Part shown: positions 48,660 to 60,943 of the stretch, in pieces
How positions within the stretch are numbered: the stretch's first letter is position 1
How the letters are laid out: each line of letters opens with the position of its first letter
NCBI GenBank assembly: GCA_030390025.1
Contig: CM059429.1
Coordinates: forward strand, 145,080,001-145,144,000
DNA: 64,000 nt
From: Squalus acanthias
Lineage: Eukaryota
Reading direction: 5' to 3'
Position numbers and translations under genes: made by a program
Notes under the pieces: model-generated
What the model was told of the DNA's origin: nothing
The model's input: the letters and a program-made list of their open reading frames with translations, nothing else
The model's database searches: none

Positions 48660-51600
48660 TATTGTTGGATATTGTTGAGGGAGATGGCTTATCAGGGGAA
48701 GACAGCAGCAGCCAACTTCCTAGCACCGTAGGTGGTTCTGCTGCACAGGATGGGAGGAAAAAGAGTGGGAGAGCTATAGTGATATGGGGATTCTATTGTA
48801 AGGGGAATAGATAGGCGTTTCTGCGGCCGCAAACGAGACTCCAGGATGGTATGTTGCCTCCCTGGTGCAAGGGTCAAGGATGTCTCAGAGCGGCTACAGA
48901 GCATTTTGGAAGGGGAGGGTGAACAGCCAGTTGTCGTAGTGCATATAGATACCAACGATATACGTAAAAAATGGGATGAGGTCCTAAAAGCAGAATATAG
49001 GGAGTTAGGAGGTAAATTAAAAAATAGGACCTCAAAGGTAGTAATCTCAGGATTGCTACCAGTGCCACGTGCTAGTCAGAGTAGAAATAGAAGGATATTT
49101 CAAATGAATACGTGGCTAGAGGAATGGTGCAACGGGGAGGGATTCAAATTCCTGGGGCATTGGAACCGGTTCTGGGGGAGGTGGGACCAGTACAAACCGG
49201 ACGGTCTACACCTGGGCAGGGCCAGGACCGATGTCCTAGGGGGAGTGTTTGCTAGTGATCTGGGGGAGGGTTTAAACTAAAATGGCAGGGGGTTGGAAAC
49301 CTGAGCAGGGAGACAGAGGAAAGGGAAACAAGGATAAAAGCAAAAGATCGGAAGGAGAAAAACAAAAGTGGCAGTCAGAGAAAACAACGGTTTAAATCAA
49401 ACATGGCCACAGTAAATACTAATTCTAATAGGTCTAAGAGCGTTAAAAAAACAAGCCTGAAGGCTTTGTGTCTTAATGCAAGGAGTATTCGGAACAAGGT
49501 GGATGAATTAGCTGCGCAAATAGAGGTAAACGAATATGATTTGATTGGGATTACCGAAACATGGCTCCAGGGTGGCCAAGGCTGGGAACTCAACATCCAG
49601 GGGTACTCAATATTCAGGAAAGATAGGCAAAAAGGAAAGGGAGGTGGGGTAGCATTGCTGGTTAAAGAGGGGATTAACACAATTGAAAGGAAGGATATTA
49701 GCTCTGATGATGTGGAATCTCGAGGTGGAATCTGTATGGGTTGAACTGAGAAATAACAAGGGGCAGAAAACGTTAGTGGGAGTGATATATAGACCTCCAA
49801 ACAGTAATGCGGAGGTTGGGGATGGCATTAAAAGGGAAATTAGAGAAGCGTGCAATAAGGGCACAGCAGTCATCATGGGTGACTTTAATCTACATATAGA
49901 TTGGGCTAACCAGATTAGTAACAATACTATGAAGGAGGAATTCCTGGAGTGTTTACGGGATGGTTTCCTGGACCAATATGTCGAGGAACCAACCAGAGAT
50001 CAGGCCATCTTAGACTGGGTATTATGCAATGAGAAAGGATTAATTAGCAATCTTGTTGTGCGAGGCCCCTTGGGTCAGAGCGATCATAATATGATCGAAT
50101 TCTTCATTAGGATGGAGTGTGAAGTAGTTGACTCAGAGACTAGGGTCCTGAATTTAAATAAAGGAAACTACGATGGTATGAGGTGCGAGTTGGGTAGGAT
50201 TGATTGGGGAATGTCACTCAAAGGGTTGACGGTGGATAGGCAATGGCAAACATTCAAAGACCACATGGACGAACTACAGAATTTGTTCATCCCAGTTTGG
50301 CATAAGAATAAAACAAAAAGGGTGACTCAACCGTGGCTAACAAAGGAAATTAGGGATAGCATAAGATCCAAGGAGAGGGCATATAAATTGGCCAGAAAAA
50401 GCAGTAACCCTGAGGATTGGGAGCAGTTTAAGATACAACAAAGGAGGACAAAGGAATTAATTAAGAAGGGGAAAATAGAATACGAGAGTAAGCTTGCAGG
50501 GAACATAAAAACTGACTGTAAAAGCTTTTATAGATATGTGAAGAGAAAAAGATCAGTGAAATCAAGCATAGGTCCCTTGCAGTCAGAATCAGGGGAACTT
50601 ATAATGGGGAACAAAGAAATGTCAGACCAATTAAATACATATTTTGGTTCTGTCTTCACAAAGGAGGACACAAATAACCTCCCAGAGATGTTGGGGAACA
50701 TAGGGTCTGATGAAAGGGAGGAACTGAAAGAAATCAGTATTTGTAGGGAAATGGTGTTAGGGAAATTGAAGGGATTGAAGGCCGATAAATCCCCAGGGCC
50801 TGATAATCTACATCTTAGAGTACTTAAGGAAGTGGCCCTAGAAATAGTAGATGCATTGCTGATCATCTTCCAACATTCGATGGAATCTGGAACAGTACCC
50901 ATGGATTGGAGGGTAGCTAATGTTACCCCACTATTCAAAAAGGGTGGTAGAGAGAAAACGGGGAATTACAGACCGGTAAGCCTGACATCGGTAGTGGGGA
51001 AAATGCTAGAGTCCATTATAAAAGATGTAATAGCTGAGCACTTGGAAAACAGTGACAGGATCGGACAAAGTCAACATAGATTTACAAAAGGTAAATCATA
51101 CTTGACTAATCTACTGGAATTTTTTGAGGATGTAACTGGTAAAATAGATAAGGGAGAACCAGTGGATGTGGTGTATTTGGACTTCCAAAAGGCTTTTGAT
51201 AAGGTCCCGCATAAGAGATTAGCGTGTAAAGTTAAGGCACATGGGATTGGGGGCAAGGTATTGACTTGGATAGAGAACTGGTTGGCAGACAGAAAGCAAA
51301 GAGTTGGAATAAACGGGTCTTTTTCCGAGTGGCAGGCAGTGACTAGTGGGGTACCGCAGGGATCGGTCCTTGGACCCCAGCTATTCACAATATGTATTAA
51401 TGATCTAGACAAGGGAACTAGATGTAATATCTCCAAGTTTGCAGACGACACAAAACTGGGTGGGCGTGTGTGCTGTGAGGAGGATGCCGAGAAACTCCAG
51501 GATGATTTGGACAGGTTGGGTGATTGGGCAGAAGCGTGGCAGATGCAATATAACGTGGATAAATGCGAGGTTATCCACTTTGGTGTCAAAAACAGAAAGG

Positions 51601-52370
51601 CAAATTATTATCTGAATGGCAATAGATTGGGAGAAGGGGAAGTGCAACGAGACCTGGGTGTCCTTGTGCACCAGTTGCTGAAGGTAAGCATGCAGGTGCA
51701 GCAGGCGGTTAAGAAGGCAAATGGTATGTTGGCCTTCATAGCGAGAGGGTTTGAGTACAGGAACAAGGATGTCTTACTGCAGTTGTACAGGGCCTTGGTA
51801 AGACCACACCTTGAGTACTGTGTGCAGTTTTGGTCGCCTTATCTGAGGAAGGATGTTCTTGCCATGGAAGGAGTTCAGCGAAGATTCACAAGGCTGATAC
51901 CTGGGATGGCAGGAATGACGTATGAAGAGAGATTGGGTCGATTGGGCTTATACTCGCTGGAGTTTAGAAGAATGAGAGGGGATCTCATTGAAACTTATAA
52001 AATTCTGACAGGACAGGACAAACTAGATGCAGGAAGGATGTTCCCGATGGTCGGGGAGTCCAGAACCAGGGGTCACAGTCTAAGGATAAGGGGTAAGCCA
52101 TTTAGGACAGAAATGAGGAGGAATTTCTTCACCCAGAGAGTGGTGAACCTGTGGAATTCTCTGCCACAGAAGGCAGTAGAGGCCAATTCATTAAATAGAT
52201 TCAAGAAGGAGTTGGATATATTTCTTAAGGCTAAAGGGATCAAGGGATATGGGGAGAAAGCAGGGACAGGGTACTGAATTTGGATGATCAGCCATGATCA
52301 CATTGAATGGCGGAGCAGGCTAGAGGGGCCGAATGGCCTACTCCTGCTCCTATCTTCTATGAACCTATGT
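48660..52370 (+). mobile_element. Near-intact, 5'-truncated CR1 LINE, antisense in an HHLA2 intron
   Basis: ORF1 SGNH esterase part (48846-49280), ORF2 split by one frameshift, intact 3' UTR and tail. Confidence 0.95.
49403..52277 (+). pseudogene. CR1 ORF2 (APE endonuclease and reverse transcriptase), single +1 frameshift near 49720
   Basis: LCLNARSIRNK and GITETWL in ORF 49403; YRPP, GDFN, SDHN, QGSVLGP and FADD in the 864-aa ORF at 49683. Confidence 0.93.
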
Positions 52371-52954
52371 GACCTCCTGAAAATTGGCCTTATGGTCTTT
52401 TGTTTATCGAAAGCTTAAATCAATATGCACAACAGAGTAGGTAAAAAAAATGATGTATCTTGTTACCAGGTATCACATTTATAGGATTGTGCCTTATAGA
52501 ATTAGACACAAAAGAAATTGAAGATATCAGTAAGAAGATATCACTGCATTATTTCATTTGTCCTGAAAACCTGTTTGTCATTGTATTTTGTCTGGAGACT
52601 GGAAGCATTTGGGTCTGTGTAAAGTTGTCTTTACTAGACTAAAACAGTATTATATTTCCTATTTTCCAGATCAGTTTTTTACTTTCACTTCCTTATCTAA
52701 TAATTTACATTCTACCTGGTAGCATAATCTGGCTGTCGGTATGGTGAAAACCTGCTTGTTTGGTTCGGTATTCAGATCTCAAATTCCATTGACTTCAATG
52801 GAAAGTAAAGTCAGGCAGGATGTAAAACTCCATGGTCTACTCACCAGCTTCTCCATTGTAAATACCACCCATGCGCAGCAATTTAAAGGGACTGCGCACT
52901 AAAAGAAACAGGCCACGCAGAACAAAACGCATCTTACAGGGAATACTGGTGCCC

Positions 52955-53423
52955 GTAACCTAACTCGCACCAAGTCCCATTCACCCATCACCCCTGTGCT
53001 TGCTGACCTGCATTGGCTCTCGGTCCAGCAATACCTCCATTTTAAAATTCGCATCCTTGTTTTCAATGTCCTCCCTGGCCTTGACCCTCCCTATCTCTGT
53101 AACCTCTTCCAGCCCTACAACCTTTTGAGATATCTGAGCTCCTCCAATTCTGGCCTCTTACACATCCACAATTTTAATCGCTCCACCTTTGGCAGCCATG
53201 CCTTTAGCTGCCGAGACCTTAAGCTCTGGAATACCCTCCCTAAACCTCTCCGCCTCTCTCTCCTCCTTAAAACCTACCTCTTTGACCAAGCTTTTGGTCA
53301 TCTGTCCTAATATCTCCTTATGTGGTTCGGTGTCAAATTTTGTTTGATAACGCTCTTGTGAAGTGCCCTGGGACATTTACTATGGTAAAGGTGCTATATA
53401 AATCCAAGTTGTTGTTGTTGTTT
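52955..53423 (+). mobile_element. L2 LINE 3' end with (GTT)n tail
   Basis: LADLHWL...FKIRILVF...LKTYLFDQAFG, ending gttgttgttgttg. Confidence 0.82.
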
Positions 53424-53590
53424 GTAAGCGTCCTATGGACCTACAGCACCAATTGTGCAATCTCCCCAAGAGAGGCTAGAGAACGGTTAGTGTGGGAAGT
53501 GCAACAAATGGTCTTCTGAAGTTGGGGCTGAGGCAGATTGTTGGAGCTGAGTAGGTGGAGCTTCACGCTGCAGCTGGTTATTCTATACCA

Positions 53591-54206
53591 TGATGCGAGA
53601 TGCCGGTGTTGGACTGGGGTGGACAAAAATGAGAAGTCGCACAACTGAGACAACGTATGAACGGACACCGCGCAACAATCGCCAGGCAGGATTGTTACCT
53701 CCCAGTCGGGGAACACTTCAGCAGTCAAGGACATTCAGCCTCGGATCTGCGGGTTAGCGTTCTCCAAGGCGGCCTTCGAGACACATGACAACGCAAAATC
53801 ATCGAGCAGAAACTGATAGCCAAGTTCCGCACCCATGAGGACGGCCTCAACCGGGATCTCGGTTTCATGTCACGCTACAGGACGTGACTCGACGTCGTTG
53901 TCTTGTTCACAGATGTGATTTCCAGTTTTTTAAAAAAAGTAAAAAGCTTAACTGCAGACTGCAGCATTTGACACGATGGACCCCCTGTGACCCCACCTCA
54001 TTGTCTTAGCTGTATTCTGCTGTGTCTTTGATGTAATGCCTCCCTGACGGATTGTATCTCTGCAGACACATTGTTCTCTGTCTATATATGCTCTGTAACT
54101 GATTTGTATTCCCTCACTGTACCTGACGAAGGAGCAGCGCTCCGAAAGCTCGTAATTTCAAATAAAACTGTCGGACTATAACCTGGTGTTGTGCGACTTC
54201 TCATTT
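53591..54206 (+). mobile_element. 5'-truncated Penelope-like retroelement with inverted pseudo-LTR piece
   Basis: GIY-YIG C-terminus LRQRMNGHR...VGEHF...EQKLIAKFRTHEDGLNRD with one internal stop. 13-bp TSD ttattctatacca at 53578-53590 and 54207-54219. 5' end is an inverted copy of the 3' pseudo-LTR. Confidence 0.9.
54120..54154 (+). ncRNA. Minimal hammerhead ribozyme in the Penelope pseudo-LTR
   Basis: TAC-CTGACGA-A-GGAGC agc GCTCC-GAAA-GC-TC-GTA: intact core, stem I TAC/GTA, 5-bp stem II, palindromic AGCT stem III. Confidence 0.8.
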
Positions 54207-54479
54207 TTATTCTATACCAGATCTGGAAGTGTTTGATGGTTCTTGAATGTGAAGAATTCCACTCCCCAGCACTAAAATCTCTCCCTTTGCTGAGCCCAAA
54301 TTTAAGAGGAAAAAAAAGAAACCAATTAGATATCTTGATTCTAAAAGGCAGGTTTTCTGCTCCTGGGTTCTGGTGAGCACTATATACTATCAATAAGTTT
54401 TAAGATATCGAATTAATGGGCTCCCAGTGTATGTTCCCTCTAAGCTTCACTGTGCTACGCAGTAAAAGAAACTATCCAC

Positions 54480-54810
54480 GCACTCGGCTCCGGCTCACAG
54501 AGGGGCTTTAATAACACAGCAAAACAGCCCCGGCCAAGAGGGGGGCGGGGGTCTCACCCACCCTGACCGACAGCCCGCTCCACCAATCAACGCACAACCA
54601 TATGTGACTTGCGTCGACTCTAACCAGTAACAAGGGAGCGGCTCCTGAGGTTGAGCCAATAGCAGGTGAGAGGGGGCGGGCTTGTGAAGATGATTGACAG
54701 GTCGGAGCAGGAGCTCACCCGGGCAAATGGGACTATCCGTCGGCAAGACGCGAGCAGCTAGAGCAGTGTGCACAGTCAGTGAGGTTTTTCTGTAACGCTC
54801 ACGTGTTCTA
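54480..54810. promoter_or_regulatory. Promoter-like CpG-rich patch with GC and CCAAT boxes
   Basis: GC boxes at 54542-54550 and 54672-54681, CCAAT at 54583 and 54656, CACGTG at 54800. Confidence 0.45.
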
Positions 54811-55375
54811 GTATTTAAGACTTGCCTCCCTCCCACCTCTTACTTCGGCATTGATTGATATTAAAGCAGTTTTTAAAAATAATTGCTAAAGACTTTTAGC
54901 ACCGAACAAACTTTTATTGCAAAGTTTAATGTGCACAGAATCTGCATTAAACGCTATTGGAATAAATCCTGGGCCAAACACAAAACCACGGTGAATACCC
55001 TTTGGTTTAACAGCAGCGGCTGGCCATTAAACTCAAAGGTTAGTTAAATTACACAACCCCCTCTCTCCAAAGTTCATGAATATTGCTGCTCTCCTTAGAC
55101 CTTTGTACCGCTAGCACCGGCTTTCAAATAAAGTGTGGGTTCTTTTCTCCCACATGGCAGCTGTCTTTCATTCTGCCAGCGCAATTTACACTTCATCTAG
55201 AGCCATCTTTTGTTTCTTAACCTGTCCTATTACCATCTCCTTTTGCCTTGAATATCTCTTAACCTCTCCTGCCTTCTATCCTATCACAGACCTTCCCTTT
55301 TGTTCTTTCATCCCCTCCCCCATTTCCCAGCTCCTACACTTGCTTAAAAATCTGTTCCATTTCCTGCTTTTTTCC

Positions 55376-55412
55376 AGTTCTGACGAAAGGTCATCGACCT
55401 GAAATGTTAACT
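55376..55412 (+). ncRNA. Minimal hammerhead motif in a Penelope-derived repeat (about 55170-55480); stem III CG>TG
   Basis: AGTT-CTGACGA-A-AGGTC atc GACCT-GAAA-TG-TT-AACT. Confidence 0.65.
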
Positions 55413-55905
55413 CTGTTTCTCTCTTCACAGATGCTGCCTGACCTGCTGAGTATCTCCAGCATTTTCTGTTTTAATTTCAAATAAAGCAGCACTTTGTTAT
55501 GCTGCTCGAGTGTGTTGCATTTCACAGAAAAGAAGAAAAAAGCCAGTACAATTAAAGGTTCACCTGTCTCGAATTATCACCTGTCTCCACCAGCCTGTCA
55601 ACAGTGATTCAAAAAAAAAATGCCATATCTAATTGCTTTAATTTAGTAAACCGCTGGAAAGAGAAGGAAAAAAGTTTCTGAAAATTGAGAGCAAGATAAG
55701 CGGCGCACGGATAGTCAATGTCAACGTACTGGTTAATCTGCCTTTGATTCTCTTGAGTCTGATTGGCACTGGATGTAAATACATAGTTCAGAGTGGATGC
55801 AACAATCAGGTTGGACTTTTATAACCAAGGCTAGAATTGGTGATAACAACAGAAAACGCTGGAAAAACTCAGCAGGCCAGGCAGCATCCGTGGAGAGAGA
55901 AAGAG

Positions 55906-55942
55906 AGTTAACGTTTCAGGTCGATGACCTTTCATCAGAACT
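55906..55942 (-). ncRNA. Intact minimal hammerhead motif, sense to the HHLA2 pre-mRNA
   Basis: Minus strand reads AGTT-CTGATGA-A-AGGTC atc GACCT-GAAA-CG-TT-AACT. Confidence 0.78.
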
Positions 55943-56589
55943 GGGAAGAGCCGGAAATCAAATAGATTTAAGGCCAGAGTAAAGCTGGGAAAAGGGGGAG
56001 GGGATAAAGGAACAAAGGGGGAGATGAAGAGACATTGGTGATGTGGGCTTCAATGCAATCAACGTGCAAATGTGAATTGCCTCACCTTCCCCCAACTCCC
56101 TCCCACCCCAACAAAAAAGTTATACAAAATAAAGCATCAAAATGTAGAAAAGCAAAATAAAATCAGTTGGAAACAAGATAAAATTAAAAGACAAAATAAA
56201 CCCATCGAAAATGAAAAAAGAGTGAAATAAAAATGGCCAAAAAAGCAAAATAATTCAAAAACAAAGCAAGTGCTAAATCAAAATTTATATGGTTGAAGAA
56301 TATTTGATAAAATATTGATAAAATATTCTTTTTATGGTGTCCATTCCATTTAAGTTTCTATGATACAAGTCTGGTGTTACAACTTTACTTCTCACTTATT
56401 GTGCAAGTTTGAGTGGGATTTAGAGACAGTAATAATTAAAACATAAGTAAGAAAATAAAAAGGAATAATTTGCCTTAATGCAATTCTTAAAAATTTCCCC
56501 AACTCCCCCTGCCCAGCATCCTGGACCTGGAACCCCCGCCATACCCGAACCTGCCCTCAACCTGCCTTTGGGCTTGATAAAAGATATCA

Positions 56590-57012
56590 GATGGAATCAT
56601 ACAGCATAGGAGGAGGCCATTTTGCCCATTACGCCTGCGCCGGCTCTTTGGTAGAGCTGTCCAATTAGTCCCATTCCGCTGCTCTTTCGCCATAACCCTG
56701 CAAATGTTTCCTTTTCAAATATTTATCCAATTCCCTTTTGAAAGTTAATATTGAATCTGCTTCTGCAGCCCTACAGGCAGTGCATTCCAGATCACAACAA
56801 CTCACTGCATAAAAAAAAATTCTCATTTCTGGTTAGCGACCCTCCTGCCAGTGGAAACAGTTTCTCCTTAGTTACTCTACCAAAACCCCTCAAAATTTTG
56901 AACACCTCTATTAAATCTCCTCTTAACCTTCTCTGCTCTAAGGAGAACAACTCCAGCTTCTTTAATCTCGCCAGATAACTGAAGTCTCTCATCCCTGGTA
57001 AAATTCTAGTAA
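56590..57012 (-). mobile_element. CR1 3' fragment
   Basis: LFSLEQRRLRGDLIEVFKIL...EKLFPLAGG. Confidence 0.8.
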
Positions 57013-57879
57013 ATTAATTTGCGCAATAAACAAAAATAATGCAAGATCTGAATTTTCTGTTGTTGCTGCTGTTGTTGGGTAAGGCGTTGTTGTTAACTGC
57101 CCATGGACAAAAATATCACGCTCAGAAAAACCTCTTTCGTGTGAAACTGTTGTGTGATTTATCTATTTAGTTTGGTTATAGTGCTTTCATTTACACAAAG
57201 GAGAATGAAACAGCTCTAGTTCCTAGTACCATTTACCTATCTTACTAGGAACGAGACAGATGCTCATTGGAAACAGATTTAGGCAGGGAATGAAGAATCA
57301 GAGACAAGCCTAAGACAGAGTGTCAGTGACAAGGAATTGATGGCTGGTCTCAAATGTATTTGCTACATAATCCCAACCTCATTCTGGAACAGGTAAAGAT
57401 CACACATGATAGGGGCAAATACTGATGAAGTCATAGAAACCGAATATTAACAAAACAAATTCAAACACTGACATCCTATATTTGGTAAACAAAAATCAGC
57501 TCCAAGTCTGACACATTTCTTTGCACTGATCCACAAAATTACACTATTTTCTCCCCATTTTCTCTTCTTCAGGTCACTCACCAGCATTGTGCTTTAGGAA
57601 CAGTGGTGACAAATGACCTGGAAGACAAGGAGACTTACTTTGGCCTTCCACACTGTCCTTTCTTTTGAGGAGCTGGGTTCAAAATCAGCACAAGCTGCTG
57701 GGATGAAAGTCTTTCCTCAATCTGCCTGTTGTAATGCTCGTACCCAGAATGAGTTCCTGGTGGGCATGGCTCTACAGCTCAAAACGGCCCACAAATTGGC
57801 ACTCTGACCCAGACTGGTTATAAGAAAGGCAACTGTAAGAAATTACATTTTTTACCTAGATCACTCTCCTATTGAGCAC

Positions 57880-58265
57880 AGAAAGCTAGGCTGACACTCC
57901 AGTGCAGTGCTGAGGGAGTGCTGCACTGTCGGAGGTGCCGTCTTTCGGATGAGACGTTAAACCGAGGCCCCGTCTGCTCTCTCATGTGGACGTAAACGAT
58001 CCCATGGCACTATTTCGAAGAAGAGCAGGGGAGTTATCCCCGGTGTCCTGGCCAATATTTATCCCTCAACCAACCTAACAAAAACAGATTATCTGGTCAT
58101 TATCACATTGCTGTTTGTGGGACCTTGCTGTGCGCTAATTGGCTGCCATGTTTCCCACATTACAACAGTGACTACACTTCAAAAAAGTACTTCATTGGCT
58201 GTAAAGCGCTTTGAGACGTCCGGTGGTCATGAAAGGCGCTATATAAATGCAAGTCTTCTTCTTCT
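57880..58265 (+). mobile_element. Deu-domain SINE, 5'-truncated
   Basis: Deu core ctgagggagtgctgcactgtcggaggtgccgtctttcggatgagacgttaaaccgagg, with an L2-like tail. Confidence 0.85.
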
Positions 58266-58360
58266 TCCATTACAATGCACAGGTGTTTTAGTTCAATCAA
58301 AGGTTAAAGTATAGTCTATCAAATTTTGATTTGTAACCACACAAATTATTGGCAGCTTAC

Positions 58361-58672
58361 CTATTTTTAGAATGTAGGTGAATACTTGCATTGTATCATT
58401 GGTTCTGATTTCACAGGTGTATTCTCCTGCATCTTCCAAAGTTACATGGTGCCGTACAAGTGATGAAGAGTTCTGGTTGTTTAATATTTCTGATTGGTCC
58501 TTCGTACAATTTGAGTGTACATCGCCGTATTGGTGCACTGGTTTACAGATTATCACTAAAGGGGAGGTTTCTGTTTTTCTAAACTTCCATGTAATTGTCA
58601 AATTTTGATCATTATTGGAGGAATAGTTGCAAGTAATTACGATGGTTTGACTCTCCTTTTCTCGGAGTGTGC
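58361..58672 (-). CDS. HHLA2: HHLA2/B7-H7 second IgV-domain exon
   Basis: ttaag| and G|gtaagc; phase 1-1, 312 nt. Encodes GTLREKESQTIVITCNY...DQNLTITW...EDAGEYTCEIR. An IgV after an IgC is the V-C-V architecture of HHLA2. Confidence 0.85.
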
Positions 58673-58905
58673 CTTAAAAATAAAATGAAACAAAAATATT
58701 TAACGTGTAGCATAAAACAGGTTACATTATTTTACTTTTAGATTCCTTTGTTTTTTTATGTGCTGAAAATGGACTTTTCCCATTTTGAGTCCTCAGCGTC
58801 AATATCCTAAACAAAGATTGAGAGCTCAGTGTAAAATATACAGGAAACAAGAGAAAGAGGGATACATGCTCAATGTGGAAAAAGTACATTTTTCGTATCC
58901 ACACA

Positions 58906-59300
58906 TGGCTAATTTTACCACCCCAACACGGACTAGGTCATTTACATATTGCGGGCGTGTGTATTACCTGGGTTTGGGTGCACGCCCAAAAGGGGTTTGG
59001 GGAAGTAAATGTAATGCTATAGGCCTTAAAGGCCTCTAGAGCCTTAAAGGCACACTGTTTCTTTGGAAGTTCATCAAGATCTCTGGCAGCAGTGCAGGAA
59101 GCGTGAGGGCCCCCTGCATTGACGATGACAGCATTAAATCTTGCTGCAGGAAATGAATCCTAGGAAGGATGCATTACTTTACTAACAGCATGGTGTGGAG
59201 AGCATTGCAGGAGGTGGTGAACAGCATTAATGCCAGCAACACTGTCCACGTGGCAGCAATGCTGGAAAACAATCATTGACCTCACCAGGAGGGGCAAATA
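58906..59300 (+). mobile_element. Highly decayed Harbinger fragment with Myb/SANT remnant
   Basis: GGCTAATTTT left-end-like motif; EVVNSINASNT..TWQQCWK..DLTR remnants. Confidence 0.45.
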
Positions 59301-59911
59301 GAAGCAACATTAGCTCATTTTAATGCACTGTGCCAACCATAAGCTTTTCTTTCTTGCTCATGCATTCCTCTGCTTTCTGTCCACCTTCTGATGGGTGCCT
59401 GTGATGCTGCACGGTGCACTACCAGCACCTCCCTCACCCAGTACCACCTCTTTCAGTAAAAGGCTGCAGAGGACAAACCACTGCCGACTCCTTCCATGAC
59501 TAGCACCTGCATGCTGCACATCTTTTACTTCACAATACCTGCAGAGACCACCCCGACATATGGTTGTAGAGATATGCCATGGCAGCTAGGCAGTGCATGA
59601 TTTTGCTTTTAAAGGAGAAGGCAGCAAATAAAAGAGGGAGAGGGGGGGATAACACAGGTGGCTCGGCCACCTTGTATTCTTTAACCCTCCAAATCCAGGA
59701 TGGAATTAAAATGAAGTAGCAGGAGGTGGAGTATTAAAAAGCAGAGCCCAGCTATAGGATTGGAATAACACTTAAAAAAGTAAACTGCAAATGCTATAAA
59801 CCTAACAAAAAAGCATAAAATGCTGAAATTACAGAGCAGGTAAGTCAACATCTGTAAAGAGAATAGACAGATTATGTCATTTTAAGTGTGACAGGTACTT
59901 TGAGACTCTAC

Positions 59912-60083
59912 AGGGACAATTTTATCATAACTCGCCTGGTGGGAAACCACGCTGGATTTACACCACGTCCGATATCACTCTCCATTGACTTCAGCTGAGA
60001 GTAAAATCTGACAGGGTGTAAAACCAGCTTTGCACCCGATCCAGTCAGTTTCCCGACTGGCGAGTTATAATAATATTGTCCCC
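59912..60083. mobile_element. Palindromic MITE
   Basis: Arms gggacaattttatcataactcgcc / ggcgagttataataatattgtccc; TAC direct repeats on both sides. Confidence 0.75.
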
Positions 60084-60502
60084 TACAAGTGTGGCTTGGT
60101 CCCTGCCTGACTCACAACTAGAATTGCACATGAAATAGAAACAGGGTGGAAGTCATGCACAAGGGGTCCCCCAGCTCCTTTTTCCACAGTGTTACAATCT
60201 GGAAATAAGTGCACACATGGTGCAATACAGAGGAAAATTGGTCCCATCATGTTTTTTGCATATGTTACCCACAAAGACCTAGTCAGTTTGCGTGATGCTC
60301 CAGCCAGCACTGTGAAGGACCTCGCTGGAAGTAGTCCTGTGGGAAAAAGCTGCTATCAAAACAATCCGGAGACCAGACCCGTCTGGCTGGGGTTTTCTAC
60401 TTCTGAGCATGCCGGTCCATGATTTTCGATCTTTTCACCTTAATAGACAGTAAATTGTGGGTTGGCGAACACAGAGCGGAAAACGTCAGCCAACTATAAC
60501 AA

Positions 60503-60727
60503 AAGCAAAATACTGCAGATGATGAAAAAACCCCAGAAAATGCTGGAAATACTCAGCAGGTCAGGCAGCATCTGTGGAGAGAGAAACAGAGTTAACGTTT
60601 CAGGTCGATGACCTTTCGTCAGAACTGAAAAACTGGCAAAAGGTCATCGACCTGAAACGTAAACTCTGTTTCTCTCTCCACAGATGCTGCCTGACCTGCT
60701 GAGTATTTCCAGCATGTTCTGTTTTTA
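60503..60727. mobile_element. Penelope-derived repeat arranged as an 83-bp inverted repeat
   Basis: Arms 60534-60616 and 60639-60721 with 2 mismatches; TATAACAA direct repeats at 60495-60502 and 60728-60735. Confidence 0.8.
60590..60626 (-). ncRNA. Intact minimal hammerhead motif, sense to the HHLA2 pre-mRNA
   Basis: Minus strand reads AGTT-CTGACGA-A-AGGTC atc GACCT-GAAA-CG-TT-AACT. Confidence 0.78.
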
Positions 60728-60943
60728 TATAACAAGGAAAGGTGCTTCAAATTTGACCCTGGGAGTAGAGGAAGAAAATATACCAGCACCATCACATAAT
60801 TTGACAAAAAGGGAAATATGAACCACAGAAAAGGCTGAAATTCCAAGCACTGTTTAATCATCAACTTATACCCATTCAAATTAACAACGATCCTATGCAA
60901 AAAGATTTGTGAGGTCTTCTATGGATTATTAATCAATTATTAC

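Noticed and set aside
59770-59870. Additional hammerhead in an old Penelope-derived copy (also about 45005-45065)
   Set aside because: Only the flanking part of the repeat survives; the CTGANGA/GAAA core is absent.
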